The notes under the pieces: model-generated
The model's input: the letters and a program-made list of their open reading frames with translations, nothing else
What the model was told of the DNA's origin: nothing
Databases searched by the model: none
Shown here: positions 11,396 through 20,582 of the stretch, piece after piece
Position numbering within the stretch: position 1 is the stretch's first letter
How the letters are laid out: the number at the start of each line of letters is the position of its first letter
Program-made: the position numbers and the translations under genes
Source of the DNA: an uncultured Acidobacteriota bacterium
GTDB lineage: Bacteria > Acidobacteriota > Thermoanaerobaculia > Multivoradales > UBA5704
DNA: 64,000 nucleotides
Reading direction: 5' to 3'
Assembly (NCBI GenBank): GCA_963700145.1
Contig: OY969474.1
Coordinates: 3,264,001-3,328,000, forward strand

Positions 11396-11682
11396 GGAGA
11401 TGTTCCGCCGGCCGCCGGAGATAAGTCTCCGGGGCCTGGAGATAGATCTCCGAGTGCCGGAGATTCATTTCCGGGTGCTGGAGATAGATTTCCTATAGAC
11501 GAAGATCTATCTCCTGGCCTCGGAGATCTATCTTGGACGGCCGGAGATCTATCTCCGGGTGCGGAAGATCTATCTTCCGGTCTCGAAGATGTATCTCCGA
11601 CGGCCGGAGATCTATCTCCAGGCGTCGGAGATCTATTTCCGGGCCTTGGAGATAGATCTCCAGGTCCTGCCGGAACATCTCC
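11396..11682. repeat. Tandem array of 13 units with 21-bp period (quasi-palindromic GGAGAT-N2-ATCTCC core plus 7 variable nt)
   Basis: GGAGAT/GAAGAT starts at 11396, 11417, 11438, 11459, 11480, 11501, 11522, 11543, 11564, 11585, 11606, 11627 and 11648; ends form a 12-bp inverted repeat (ggagatgttccg / cggaacatctcc). Confidence 0.92.
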
Positions 11683-11694
11683 AGGGGCTGCGGA

Positions 11695-12723
11695 CTAGTC
11701 TCCCGCTCGCCGCGTCTCTTCCAGGATCACCTCCGCCATCGCCGCCGCCACGCAGGCGTGGCCGTGGGGGGAGGGGTGGTAGCTGTCCCTGCCGAGGGGC
11801 TTCTCCGGCGCCGCGGCGCGGCAGGCGGCGAGCGGGGGCAACAGGTCGAGGTGGTGGAAGCCGTGCCGGCGGGAGAGGCCGGCGACGTAGTCGTGCTGGT
11901 CGCCGAAGCGGTAGCTGGCGAAGCGGCGGACGAGGCGGGGGAAGACGGCGACGACGACCTCGAAGTCGTGCTCTTTCGCCAGCCGCGCCAGCTCGGCGAA
12001 GGAGGGGGCGACGGTGTCGCCGGAGATCTGGGCCAGCGCCTCGTCGGTCGCCGCGGCGGCTTTCGCCTCCGTCGGGCGCGGCGGGGCGAAGACGCGGTAG
12101 CGGAGGGCGCGGTAGAGGGCGCTCTTGACGAGCAGCGGGTGGGCGCCCGCCCGGCTGACGCCGCCGCCGCGGCCCTCGGCCTCGAGGAGGGTCTTCAGGA
12201 TGTCGCCGTCCAGCCGCTCGCGGTCGGTCAGCGAGTAGGCGACGAGCACCAGGTCCGGCCGATACCGGAGCCCCTTCTCCTTGAACAGCTCGACCTCCTG
12301 CTGCGTGTTGTAGCCGGAGACGGCGAGGCTGATCACCTCCGCCGGCAGCCCCTTCTCGACCAGCAGCCTCTCCAGCCGCGGCGGGAAGGTGTTCCTGAAG
12401 TGCTGGATCTTGAGCCCCGCGGCGATGCTGTCGCCGAGCACCACGACGCGGTAGACGCCGGGCGGCTTGCGCACCGCGTGGTCGCGGTCGCGGAAGCCTT
12501 CCTTGTTGCTCGCCCCGGCGTAGTCCCAAAAGGAGCCGCTGGTGCCGCGGTAGTCGAGGGCGGGGACCGGCTCGTAGCCGATCTTCGGGTTGCGCGCCAG
12601 GCGGAAGCGCCCCTTCTGGATGATCGAGACCTCGGGCGCGAGATCGAAGAGCCGCACCGCCGCCTCCGCCGCGCCGAGCGCCAGCAGGCAGGAGACGAGC
12701 GAGAGGAGGAGCTTCTTCGCCAC
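11695..12723 (-). CDS. Membrane-anchored SGNH/GDSL hydrolase
   Basis: Likely GTG start (AKKLLLSL); NKEGFRD, LGDSI, GYNTQQE, DSYHPSPHGH. Confidence 0.85.
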   Translation of the reverse strand: MAKKLLLSLVSCLLALGAAEAAVRLFDLAPEVSIIQKGRFRLARNPKIGYEPVPALDYRGTSGSFWDYAGASNKEGFRDRDHAVRKPPGVYRVVVLGDSIAAGLKIQHFRNTFPPRLERLLVEKGLPAEVISLAVSGYNTQQEVELFKEKGLRYRPDLVLVAYSLTDRERLDGDILKTLLEAEGRGGGVSRAGAHPLLVKSALYRALRYRVFAPPRPTEAKAAAATDEALAQISGDTVAPSFAELARLAKEHDFEVVVAVFPRLVRRFASYRFGDQHDYVAGLSRRHGFHHLDLLPPLAACRAAAPEKPLGRDSYHPSPHGHACVAAAMAEVILEETRRAGD

Positions 12724-12775
12724 GGGAGGTGCCGGGGGCGGTATCTTACGCAGCCAGGAAGAGGAGGACGTGCCG

Positions 12776-13315
12776 ATGAAGAGCCTCGCCCCGCGCCGCA
12801 CCCTGCCGCTGCTCGCGGCGCTCACCCTGCTGCTCCCCGCCGCCGCGGGCGCGGCCGAGCATCGCATCGGCGGCGGCGTCCACTACTGGCGGACGCTGGA
12901 CGACGTGGTGGACGAGGGGGTGGACCTCGAGGACGACGGCACGGCCTACGTCGCCTCCTGGCAGATCCTGCCGGCCGGACTCTTCCGCTTCGAGCTGGGG
13001 CTCGAGTACTTCCCCGAGGACTTCGGCGGCGTCGAGGCGGGGGCGGTCTACTCGCCGCAGGCGTACCTGCTCGTCGGCCACGGGCTCTACATCGGCGCCG
13101 GCGTCGGCACGCTCTACTCGGACGACTTCGCGGACACTTTCTCCGACCCGTTCTACGCCGCGCGGGCCGGCTTCGAGATGACGCTCATCCCGCGCCTCCA
13201 CCTCGACGTCAACGTCAACTACCGCGCCAACGCCTTCAGCGACCTGCAGGACGCGGACGTGGACACCCTGACGCTGGGGGCGCAGGTGCGGATCGGGCTG
13301 GGAGGGGACCGCTAA
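12776..13315 (+). CDS. Outer-membrane beta-barrel protein
   Basis: GAGGAG RBS, signal peptide, alternating amphipathic strands (LYIGAGVG, TLTLGAQVRI). Confidence 0.7.
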   Translation: MKSLAPRRTLPLLAALTLLLPAAAGAAEHRIGGGVHYWRTLDDVVDEGVDLEDDGTAYVASWQILPAGLFRFELGLEYFPEDFGGVEAGAVYSPQAYLLVGHGLYIGAGVGTLYSDDFADTFSDPFYAARAGFEMTLIPRLHLDVNVNYRANAFSDLQDADVDTLTLGAQVRIGLGGDR

Positions 13316-13332
13316 CCGGACCTTCCCCCGCC

Positions 13333-13360
13333 CAGATCCTTCGCTGCGCTCAGGATGACA
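13333..13360 (+). repeat. REP-like palindromic element
   Basis: cagatccttcgctgcgctcaggatgac; identical copy at 17164. Confidence 0.85.
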
Positions 13361-13370
13361 TGGCTGAAAG

Positions 13371-15149
13371 TTAGGGAACGATCGCCGAGGTGTCGGCCCC
13401 GCCGCAGTAGCTCCCCTTGGGATTGACGTAGCTCTCGCTCTGGCCGGTCGCGGTGTCGGTCAGGGTGATCCGGTACTTGAGGTCCGAGAGCGCGCCCCAA
13501 AAGAGCCAGAAGGCGCCGTTGATCTGGTGCCCGTCGAGGGCCTTGACCACCAGCTCCACGTTCTCCGGCGCGAAGAACCAGAAGGTGCCGGTCTGGTCGG
13601 TGCGCGGCACCGCCGTGGCGTCGTGGACGAGGCCGTCGCGCGGGTCGAGGTAGTCGACCTCGACCTGGAGCCGCGCGCCGAGGAGGCAGAGGGCGTTGGG
13701 GCCGGCGGCGCAGACCTCGGCGGCGATCGGCGTCGTCGCCCCCGCCGGCGCGAAGGTGAGCGGCGGCGGGATCGCGTCGGTGTCCAGGAACCCCACCGTG
13801 TCCGCCCGCCCGCAGAGGGTGCCCGGCGGGTTGTGGTAGCGGCGGACGCCGCCGGTCGCGAGGTCGGTCACCTCCAGCCAGTACTCGACGTCCGAGAGCG
13901 CGCCGTAGAAGACCCACCAGCGGCCGGAGATGGCCCGCGCGTCGAGCACTTTCACCACCAGCTCCAGGTTCGTCGAAGAGAAGAACCAGAAGAAGCCGCT
14001 GCCGTCGGTGTCGGGAACGGCGTGGCCGAAGCCGTCGTGGCCGTCGTGGTCGCGGAAGCGCACCTCGACGGCGAAGCGCCCGGCGAGGAGCAGCCGGCGC
14101 TCGGCGAGCGGCGGCCCCGGCGGGTGGGCGGCGATGAAGTCGCGGTAGGCGGCCAGCGCCGGCTTCGGGGCGCCGCCCGGGTCGAGCACGCCCCACTTCG
14201 GCACCGACGCCGCCGGGTCGTCCTGGAGCTCGTAGAAGAAGACCTTGGCGATCCAGGCGCGGTTCGGGTCGCCGCCGAACCAGCGGGAGAGGAGACCGGT
14301 GTAGTGGCTGGCCTGCGAGCCGGCGCCGACCTGGTCGCTCGCCCAGCCGGTCTCGGTCAGCCAGAAGGGCTTGTCCTCGGCGCCGGCCGACTCCAGCACC
14401 TCGCGCACCGACGGGGCGACGGTGTCCCAGAACTGCGGCCGCCGGCCGAAGAGGGTCGAGTCCTCGAGCTTGTCGGTGACCTGGGCGGGGCCGTCCTGGT
14501 CGTAGACGTGGTGGGTGACGAAGTCGAGCTCGTCGCCGGCCTCGAGCAGGACGGCGCGCAGCCAGTCGTACCAGTCGGCGTCGCCGGAGGTGAGGTGGGC
14601 GAGGTCGGGGCCGCCGACCCGCGCCGCCGGGTTGCCGGCGCGCACGCCTTCGATCCCGGGGAAGACGATGCGGTCGAGGTACTGGCGGCGGCTGCCCGAC
14701 CAGAAGCGCGGCAGGTTGGCCTCGTTCCAGAGGCCCCAGTGGTCGATCTTCCCGGCGTAGCGGCGGGCGGAGCGGCGGCAGAGCTCGCGCCAGTCGGCGG
14801 CGTCGTCGGGGACACCGGTGAGGGTCGGGCCGGTCGTCGCCCAGTCGGGCGTGTAGGCGAGGGTGGCGTAGACCTCGAGGTCGCGCTCCTCGGCCTCGGC
14901 GGCGATGCGGTCGTAGAGGCTCCAGTCCCAGGTCCCCTCGGCCGGCTGCACCCAGGCCCAGATGAAGTCGATCCGCACCCAGCCGATCCCCGCCGCCTCG
15001 GCCGCGTCGAAGAGGCGCGAGAGGTTGGGCTCGCCCGGGGCGTGGACGTTGACGCCGTAGGGCGAGGGCTCGAAGGCGAAGGCCGGCGGCGCCGCGAGGA
15101 GGAGGGCGGCGGCCGCGGCGAGGCCGAGGGCGATGGGGGTGCGGCGCAC
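13371..15149 (-). CDS. Secreted clan GH-A glycoside hydrolase (GH5/GH39-like) with two C-terminal repeated surface domains
   Basis: Signal peptide; WVRIDF.W, WNE acid/base, WLTETGW nucleophile; two copies of FWFF..N.ELVVK.LD..GALSD..Y..TD..TG..Y.NP. Confidence 0.8.
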   Translation of the reverse strand: MRRTPIALGLAAAAALLLAAPPAFAFEPSPYGVNVHAPGEPNLSRLFDAAEAAGIGWVRIDFIWAWVQPAEGTWDWSLYDRIAAEAEERDLEVYATLAYTPDWATTGPTLTGVPDDAADWRELCRRSARRYAGKIDHWGLWNEANLPRFWSGSRRQYLDRIVFPGIEGVRAGNPAARVGGPDLAHLTSGDADWYDWLRAVLLEAGDELDFVTHHVYDQDGPAQVTDKLEDSTLFGRRPQFWDTVAPSVREVLESAGAEDKPFWLTETGWASDQVGAGSQASHYTGLLSRWFGGDPNRAWIAKVFFYELQDDPAASVPKWGVLDPGGAPKPALAAYRDFIAAHPPGPPLAERRLLLAGRFAVEVRFRDHDGHDGFGHAVPDTDGSGFFWFFSSTNLELVVKVLDARAISGRWWVFYGALSDVEYWLEVTDLATGGVRRYHNPPGTLCGRADTVGFLDTDAIPPPLTFAPAGATTPIAAEVCAAGPNALCLLGARLQVEVDYLDPRDGLVHDATAVPRTDQTGTFWFFAPENVELVVKALDGHQINGAFWLFWGALSDLKYRITLTDTATGQSESYVNPKGSYCGGADTSAIVP

Positions 15150-15162
15150 GTCGGGTCAGTCC

Positions 15163-17142
15163 TTATTCCGGCAGCATCGGAAGGCGGCCGACGGCGGCGT
15201 CGGCGGCGGCGCGGGGAGGCCCTTCCTCCTCGTCCGCCTCGCCCCCGTCCTGGTCCTCTCCCGGGTTCAAGAACAGGTTGCTCTCCAGGTTGTATTGCCG
15301 GGTATAGAGGGCGTGGTAGCGGCCGCCCAGGGCGAGGAGGTCCGGGTGTTGCCCGCGCTCGATGATCTCGCCGCCTTCGAGCACCAGGATGGCGTCCGCC
15401 CGCCGCACCGTCGAGAGGCGGTGGGCGATGACGAAGGTGGTGCGCCCGCGCATCAGCTCCGCCAGCCCCTCCTGGATCAGCGCCTCGCTCTCGCTGTCGA
15501 GCGAGGAGGTGGCCTCGTCGAGGATCAGGATGCGCGGGTCGGCCAGGATGGCGCGGGCGATCGCCACCCGCTGCCGCTCGCCGCCGGAGAGCTTGACGCC
15601 GCGCTCGCCGACGATCGTCTCGTAGCCGTCGGGGAGGCGGGCCACGAAGTCGTCCACGTGGGCGATCCCGGCGGCGCGGCGCACCGCCTCGGGGGGCGCG
15701 TCGGGACGGGCGTAGGCGATGTTCTCGTGCACGGTGCCGTCGAAGAGGAAGTTGTCCTGGAAGACGACGCCCAGCTGGGCGCGGTAGTCGACCAGGCGTA
15801 CGTCGGCCAAGTCGTGACCGTCCACCAGGATGCGCCCGGCCGTCGGGCGGTAGAAGCCGGCCACCAGGCCGATCAGCGTGCTCTTCCCCGCCCCCGAGGG
15901 GCCGACCAGGGCGGTCACCGTCCCCGGCTCGGCGACCAGCGAGACGCCGCGCAGGACCGGCGTCCCCGCCTTGTACTCGAAGTGGACGTCCTCGAGCTCC
16001 ACCCGGCCGGCCAGCGGCGGCAGCGGCCGGCGCGCCGCCTCCCCCTCGTCCTCGGTCGCCTCGTCCTGGATCTCGCGGATGCGCTCGAGGCCGGCGAAGG
16101 CCTCGGTGATCTGGGTGGCGATACTCACCACCTGGGCGATCGGCCCGACCAGGAGCCCGAGGTAGAGGGTGAAGGAGAAGAAGGAGCCCAGGGTCATCCG
16201 TCCGGCGAGGACCTCCTGCGAGCCCACCCACATCATCGTCACGCCGATGATCCCGAGGAGGAGCGCCGAGGCGGCGCCGACGATCGAGAAGCCGGTCATG
16301 GTCTTCGCCACGTTGCGGTAGAGGCGGTGGGCGCCCTTGGTGAAGACCAGCGCCTCCCGCCGCTCGGCGCCGTAGGCCTTGACGACGCGGATGCCGGAGA
16401 ACGACTCGGAGAGGCGGCCGGAGACTTCGGCGTTGATCTTCGAGCGCTCGCGGAAGAGCGGGCGCAGCACCTTGAAGGCGAAGAGCAGGATGAGGCCGAA
16501 AAGGGAGAGGACGGCGCAGGCGATGAGCGTCAGCCGCACGCTCAGGTAGAGGAGGATCCCGGCCGCCAGGACCGCGGTGACGAGGCCGCCGACCAGCTCG
16601 ACGAGGCCGCTGCCGACCAGGTTGCGGATCCCCTCGGCGTCGGTCATGACGCGCGAGAGCAGGGCGCCGGACTTGGTCTGGTCGTAGTAGGCGACCGGCA
16701 GCCGCCCGACGTGGCGCTGCACCCGCCGCCGCATCTCGGTGATCGAGCGCTGCGCCGCCAGCCCCAGGACCTGCGACAGGGCGAAGGAGCTGCCCGCCTG
16801 GAGGAGGGTGGCGCCCGCCGCGGCGGCGACCAGGAGCGGCAGCAGCTCGCGCCGGCCCTCCTGCATGACGTCGTCGAGCAGGAACTTCGTGGTGCCGGGC
16901 AGGACGAGAGCGGCGCCGCGGTTGACCGCCAGGATCGCGAAGCCGGCGAGCAGCCGCCAGCGCCGCGCCGCCACCAGCTCGGCGGCGTCCCGCAGCACGA
17001 CGCGCAGCGAGAGCTTCGGCTTGGGCTCGTCCGGCCGCAGCCCGCGCCCCCGCCCGCCCCCCATCCCGCCGGCGATCGTCCGGCGCGAGGAGACCGTGCC
17101 GCCGTAGAGGCCGAGGCGAGCGGGACCGGGAGGCATGGGCAT
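15163..17142 (-). CDS. ABC transporter, fused permease/ATPase (MsbA/Sav1866-like)
   Basis: TM domain, GPSGAGKST, LSGGERQR, DEATSSLD, IAHRLST; start uncertain. Confidence 0.93.
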   Translation of the reverse strand: MPMPPGPARLGLYGGTVSSRRTIAGGMGGGRGRGLRPDEPKPKLSLRVVLRDAAELVAARRWRLLAGFAILAVNRGAALVLPGTTKFLLDDVMQEGRRELLPLLVAAAAGATLLQAGSSFALSQVLGLAAQRSITEMRRRVQRHVGRLPVAYYDQTKSGALLSRVMTDAEGIRNLVGSGLVELVGGLVTAVLAAGILLYLSVRLTLIACAVLSLFGLILLFAFKVLRPLFRERSKINAEVSGRLSESFSGIRVVKAYGAERREALVFTKGAHRLYRNVAKTMTGFSIVGAASALLLGIIGVTMMWVGSQEVLAGRMTLGSFFSFTLYLGLLVGPIAQVVSIATQITEAFAGLERIREIQDEATEDEGEAARRPLPPLAGRVELEDVHFEYKAGTPVLRGVSLVAEPGTVTALVGPSGAGKSTLIGLVAGFYRPTAGRILVDGHDLADVRLVDYRAQLGVVFQDNFLFDGTVHENIAYARPDAPPEAVRRAAGIAHVDDFVARLPDGYETIVGERGVKLSGGERQRVAIARAILADPRILILDEATSSLDSESEALIQEGLAELMRGRTTFVIAHRLSTVRRADAILVLEGGEIIERGQHPDLLALGGRYHALYTRQYNLESNLFLNPGEDQDGGEADEEEGPPRAAADAAVGRLPMLPE

Positions 17143-17163
17143 ACCTTACAGTCTCCCCCCACC

Positions 17164-17246
17164 CAGATCCTTCGCTGCGCTCAGGATGACGTGGGGTCGG
17201 GCTCGTGCCTAGCAGCTACGTCATCCTGAGCGAAGCGAAGGATCTG
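17164..17246. repeat. Inverted pair of REP-like elements (REPIN-like doublet)
   Basis: cagatccttcgctgcgctcaggatgac at 17164-17190 and gtcatcctgagcgaagcgaaggatctg at 17220-17246. Confidence 0.85.
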
Positions 17247-17266
17247 GGGGCAGGAAGCCTGCGTCC

Positions 17267-18460
17267 CTAGAGAACTTCCCGGCAGAGCCACTCGGCCACG
17301 CGGTTGCCGGCCACCCGATGCCCTTCGAAGTTCCAGTGCCCTTCGCCGGGCGGCGTGTTGGGGAAGCCGTGGAGGTAGGCGCCGGTGCGGGCGGCGTGGC
17401 GCTGGAGGTCGGGGGCGAGGGGGAGGAGCGGGAAGCCCTCGCGGCGGGCGAAGGCGGCGAGGCGGCGCTCGGGGGCGAAGAGGTCGCGGACGCCGAGGCG
17501 GCGGGCGAAGGCGCGGCGCTTGCCGGCGTCGGGGTCGACCTGGATCGGCGTCGTCAGGGTCACCACCGCGAAGCGGGCGCCGTGCGCCCGCGCCTCCCGG
17601 TGCATCTGCCGGATCAGCGCCTCGGTCGTCCGCCAGGCCTGCCGCCACTGGGCGTCCGCCGGCGGCGCGTAGACCGCGTTGTCGAGCCCCAGCTCCTGGA
17701 GCGCCGCCTCGCCGCGCGTCGACTTCCGCGCCTTCCAGGCGCCGACCAACCCGTCGAGCGCCGACTTCGCCTGCTTGCCGAGCTGGAGGACGCGCGAGGC
17801 GTCGAGGAGGCCGTAGAGGAGGCGCCCCGGCGCGCTGCGGCGGAACCGGTAGCCGCCGCTGTCGCGGAAGGAGGCGTCGAGCGTCAGGCGGGGAGGATCG
17901 CCCGCCAGCGTGAAATAGGGGCGGAGCGGGTCCTGCTCGAGCGGCCGGTGGTTGTTGCGGACGTCGTTGCCGGCGTAGAAGCCGAGGAGGACGAGGTCGG
18001 GGCGGTACTTCCAGACCTCGTGGCGCAGGGTCAGGAGCTCCTGCGCCGTGCCGTAGCCGGAGACGCCGAAGTTGAGCACCTCGACCCGCCGCCCGCGCAA
18101 CGGCTCGCAGCCTTCGAGCCGGCGCTCGACGAGCTCCCAGAAGGTGCGGTCGCGCGGCACCTGCAGGGCCTCTACCATCGAGTCGCCGAGCAGAGCGATG
18201 CGCAGCTCGCGCGGCGGCTTGGCCAGGGGGTGCTCCTCGTCGCGCAGGCCGTCGCGGTTGATCCGCACCGGCGCGTCCCCCTCCTGGCGCCAGCGGCCGG
18301 CGGCGCCGGGGCGCAGCTCCCAGCCGCGCACCGGGTCGGGGCGGTAGAAGTTGGGGTGGGACCAGCCGACCAGCCGGAGCCCGAGCTCCAGCGCGGCGAG
18401 CGCGAAGAGGGTCGCCGCGGCGGCGAGGGCGAAGCGCGCCAGCAGCCGCCGCGGTCTCAT
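17267..18460 (-). CDS. SGNH/GDSL hydrolase (SxtL-like position in the cassette)
   Basis: INRDGLRD, LGDS, NFGVSGYGTAQE, GND, GHWN..GH. Confidence 0.85.
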   Translation of the reverse strand: MRPRRLLARFALAAAATLFALAALELGLRLVGWSHPNFYRPDPVRGWELRPGAAGRWRQEGDAPVRINRDGLRDEEHPLAKPPRELRIALLGDSMVEALQVPRDRTFWELVERRLEGCEPLRGRRVEVLNFGVSGYGTAQELLTLRHEVWKYRPDLVLLGFYAGNDVRNNHRPLEQDPLRPYFTLAGDPPRLTLDASFRDSGGYRFRRSAPGRLLYGLLDASRVLQLGKQAKSALDGLVGAWKARKSTRGEAALQELGLDNAVYAPPADAQWRQAWRTTEALIRQMHREARAHGARFAVVTLTTPIQVDPDAGKRRAFARRLGVRDLFAPERRLAAFARREGFPLLPLAPDLQRHAARTGAYLHGFPNTPPGEGHWNFEGHRVAGNRVAEWLCREVL

Positions 18461-18480
18461 CGCGCTAGGCGCAGACCTCA

Positions 18481-18645
18481 CTAGAACAGCGTGTAGATGA
18501 ACGGCGCCGCCGCCTGGCTGGTGACGACGAGCAGCACGACCAGGCCCAGGATCAGCACGAAGGGCACGATCCAGTAGACCTTGTTCTGCCGCGCGAACTC
18601 CCAGACCTGGCCGAAGAGCGAGCCGACGTAGCCGAGCCTGCGCAT
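18481..18645 (-). CDS. DUF5989-family small membrane protein (SxtK-like); not in the ORF track
   Basis: MRRLGYVGSLFGQVWEFARQNKVYWIVPFVLILGLVVLLVVTSQAAAPFIYTLF; characteristic APFIYTLF end. Confidence 0.85.
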   Translation of the reverse strand: MRRLGYVGSLFGQVWEFARQNKVYWIVPFVLILGLVVLLVVTSQAAAPFIYTLF

Positions 18646-18661
18646 CAGGGTTCCTCTCGAT

Positions 18662-20569
18662 TCAGTCCAGTTGGTACTCGGTCCGCCAGTCCCCCTGCTC
18701 GGCGAGCGCGGGCTGCGCCCGCTTGTCGAGCAGGTAGGGGCCGAGGACGAGCCAGTCCATTTCGGTGCGCATGAAGCAGCGGTAGGCGTCCTCCGGGGTG
18801 CAGACGATCGGCTCGCCGCGCACGTTGAAGCTGGTGTTGACGATCACCGCGCACCCGGTCAGCCGCTCGAAGGCGGCGATCAGGGCATGGTAGCGGGGGT
18901 TGGTCGCGCGGTCCACGGTCTGGATGCGCGCCGAGTAGTCGACGTGGGTCACCGCCGGGATGTCCGAGCGCGGCCGGTTGACCTTGGCGAGGAGGTCGTC
19001 GGCGTCGGGTCCGTCCCTGCCGGCCTCTTCCTCCTCCGCCGCCGCCAGGCGCCGCTCCGGCCGCACGTCGGCGACCAGCAGCATGTAGGGCGACGGGCGG
19101 TCGAGCTCGAAGTAGTCCGCCGCCCGCTCCTCCAGCACCGTCGGCGCGAAGGGGCGGAAGCTCTCGCGGTACTTGATCTTCAGGTTCATCAGCGACTGCA
19201 TCTTGGGCGAGCGGGCGTCGCCGACGATCGAGCGGTTGCCGAGGGCGCGCGGCCCGAACTCCATCCGCCCGTGGCAGAGGCCGACGACCTGCTGGTCGGC
19301 GAGGAGCCGCGCCAGCCGCGGCGCCCAGTCCTCGTCCGCCAGCTCCTCGTAGGGGTAGCCCTGGTGGTCGAGCCAGGCGCGTACCTCCGCGGGCGGGAAC
19401 TCCGGCCCGAGGAGCGCGCCCTGCATGGCGTCGCGCACGCGGGCGGTGACGGGGCGGCTGCCGTCGCCGCCGTTGCCGCCGGCCGGCGTCGCGACCGCGC
19501 GCGGCTTCCCCAGCGCGTTGTGCCAGTAGGCGAGCGGCGCCCCGAGCGCGCCGCCGGCGTCGCCGGCCGCGGGCTGGATCCAGAGGTCGTCGAAGACGCC
19601 CTCGCGCAGGAGCTTGCCGTTGGCGACGCAGTTGAGCGCCACGCCGCCGGCGAGGCAGAGGTGGCGCTTGCCGGTCACCGCGCGCGCCCGCCGCGCCAGC
19701 CTCGAGACCGCTTCCTCCGTCACCTCCTGGATCGAGCGCGCCAGGTCCATCTCGCGGCGGGTGATGCGCGACTCCGGCGCCCGCGGCGGGCCGCCGAAGA
19801 GGGCGGCGAAGCGGTCGTTGGTCATGACCAGCCCGTCGAGGTAGCCGAAGTAGCCCATGTTCAGGCGGAAGGAGCCGTCCTCGCGCAGGTCGATCAGCTC
19901 GCGGCGGATGGCGTCGGCGAAGCGCGGCTCGCCGTAGGGCGCGAGCCCCATCAGCTTGTACTCGCCCGAGTTGACCTTGAAGCCGGTGAAGTAGGTGAAG
20001 GCCGAGTAGAGGAGCCCGAGCGAGTGCGGGAACTCGATCTCCTCGAGGATCTCCAGCCGCTCGCCCTCGCCGACGCCGATCGTCGTCGTTGCCCACTCGC
20101 CGACGCCGTCGAGGGTGAGGACCGCCGCCTCGGCGAAGGGCGAGGGGTAGAAGGCGGAGGCGGCGTGCGACTCGTGGTGGGCGGTGAAGTAGATCGGCGG
20201 CGTCTCGGCGATGCCGCAGGCTTCGAGCGCCTCGGCGATGCGCGGCGGGATCCAGAGCTTCTCCTTGAGCCAGAGCGGCACCGCCTGGACGAAGGAGGCG
20301 AGGCCGCGCGGCGCCACCGCCAGGTAGGTCTCGAGAATGCGGTGGAACTTGAGGAGCGGCTTGTCGTAGAAGACCACCCCGTCGAGTCCGCTGCCGTCCC
20401 CGCCGATCCCCCCCGCCTCCAGGCAGTAGCGCACCGCGCCGGCCGGGAAGCCGGCGTCGTGCTTGAGGCGCGAGAAGCGCTCCTCCTGCGCCGCCGCGAC
20501 GATGCGGCCGTCCTCGACCAGGCAGGCGGCCGAGTCGTGGTAGTAGCAGGAGACGCCGAGGAGCTTCAC
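18662..20569 (-). CDS. O-carbamoyltransferase, NodU/CmcH family
   Basis: YHDSAA, AQEERF, HHESHAASAF, DGVGE, SGEYKLMGLAPYG, EFGPRALGNRS, NTSFNVRGEPIV. Confidence 0.95.
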   Translation of the reverse strand: MKLLGVSCYYHDSAACLVEDGRIVAAAQEERFSRLKHDAGFPAGAVRYCLEAGGIGGDGSGLDGVVFYDKPLLKFHRILETYLAVAPRGLASFVQAVPLWLKEKLWIPPRIAEALEACGIAETPPIYFTAHHESHAASAFYPSPFAEAAVLTLDGVGEWATTTIGVGEGERLEILEEIEFPHSLGLLYSAFTYFTGFKVNSGEYKLMGLAPYGEPRFADAIRRELIDLREDGSFRLNMGYFGYLDGLVMTNDRFAALFGGPPRAPESRITRREMDLARSIQEVTEEAVSRLARRARAVTGKRHLCLAGGVALNCVANGKLLREGVFDDLWIQPAAGDAGGALGAPLAYWHNALGKPRAVATPAGGNGGDGSRPVTARVRDAMQGALLGPEFPPAEVRAWLDHQGYPYEELADEDWAPRLARLLADQQVVGLCHGRMEFGPRALGNRSIVGDARSPKMQSLMNLKIKYRESFRPFAPTVLEERAADYFELDRPSPYMLLVADVRPERRLAAAEEEEAGRDGPDADDLLAKVNRPRSDIPAVTHVDYSARIQTVDRATNPRYHALIAAFERLTGCAVIVNTSFNVRGEPIVCTPEDAYRCFMRTEMDWLVLGPYLLDKRAQPALAEQGDWRTEYQLD

Positions 20570-20582
20570 GTCGCCGCCGGGC

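Noticed and set aside
11396..11682. CRISPR array
   Set aside because: Units are 14+7 bp, far too short for repeat-spacer units; the repeats are degenerate and no cas genes are present.
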